Positions 57,245 to 57,323 of a stretch of 57,323 bases of DNA are shown here, piece by piece. The notes beneath the pieces were generated by a model. That model made no database searches, was not told where the DNA came from, and saw nothing but the letters and a program-made list of their open reading frames with translations. Location of the stretch: positions 1-57,323 of the IMG/VR virus record IMGVR_UViG_3300025084_003544. One strand, given 5' to 3'. The position numbers and the translations under genes were made by a program. Every line of letters begins with the position of its first letter. Position 1 is the first letter of the stretch. This DNA comes from a virus (taxonomy: Duplodnaviria; Caudoviricetes).

Positions 57245-57252
57245 TAAATAGT
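57245..57252 (-). promoter_or_regulatory. ACTATTTA motif (putative late promoter)
   Basis: Intergenic, 21 nt upstream of the ATG at 57223 and just downstream of a terminator. Confidence 0.7.
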
Positions 57253-57263
57253 ACACTACAAAC

Positions 57264-57295
57264 AAAAAAAGAGAAGATCAATTGATCTTCTCTTT
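57264..57295 (-). terminator. Intrinsic terminator-like hairpin (perfect 28-bp palindrome)
   Basis: AAAGAGAAGATCAATTGATCTTCTCTTT at 57268-57295 is self-complementary and runs into a T7 tract (57264-57270) on the minus strand. Confidence 0.8.
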
Positions 57296-57323
57296 AAAAA
57301 GGGAGGGGGGGGAATGACGTTTA

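Larger units (their letters stand above)
1..57323 (-). mobile_element. Segment of a large myovirus-like bacteriophage genome
   Basis: Baseplate gp25-, gp6- and gp5-like genes, primase, RuvC-like, SbcD-like, PhoH and a phage sigma factor. All genes lie on one strand with very short or overlapping intergenic spaces, and no cellular housekeeping genes are seen. Confidence 0.95.

Noticed and set aside
1-57323. Stop-codon reassignment, tRNA or rRNA genes
   Set aside because: Standard-code ORFs tile the window almost completely and TAA, TAG and TGA are all used as stops. Intergenic gaps are under 100 nt and show no cloverleaf.

Overview
The window is a 57 kb, AT-rich, densely packed piece of a large contractile-tailed (myovirus-like) bacteriophage genome. 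Every credible gene is on the minus strand and reads in the standard code. In transcription order (right to left) it holds: basic putative internal head proteins; PIN-PhoH; a zincin-like protein; a Cas4/RecB-like nuclease; an 8-gene sugar-nucleotide/glycosyltransferase cluster; a small operon ending in a phage sigma factor; a baseplate module (gp5-like lysin, spike, gp25-like, gp6-like, a 5558-aa gp7-like giant and paralogous structural genes, with a J-domain gene among them); and RuvC-like resolvase, primase, MT-A70 methyltransferase and an Mre11/SbcD nuclease cut by the window edge. The most striking signal is inside the 5558-aa protein: 12 consecutive ~16-aa beta-strand repeats are followed by exactly 12 domain bodies that each lack their first strand. 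This suggests a 12-deep nested (out-and-back) fibre with two LamG domains at its tip, built into a baseplate wedge protein. Two phage promoter classes can also be read from the DNA: TGAATA-N15/16-CGTATA (4 copies) and ACTAWTTA (7 copies plus a variant). All calls come from reading motifs by eye; no database search or structure prediction was run.
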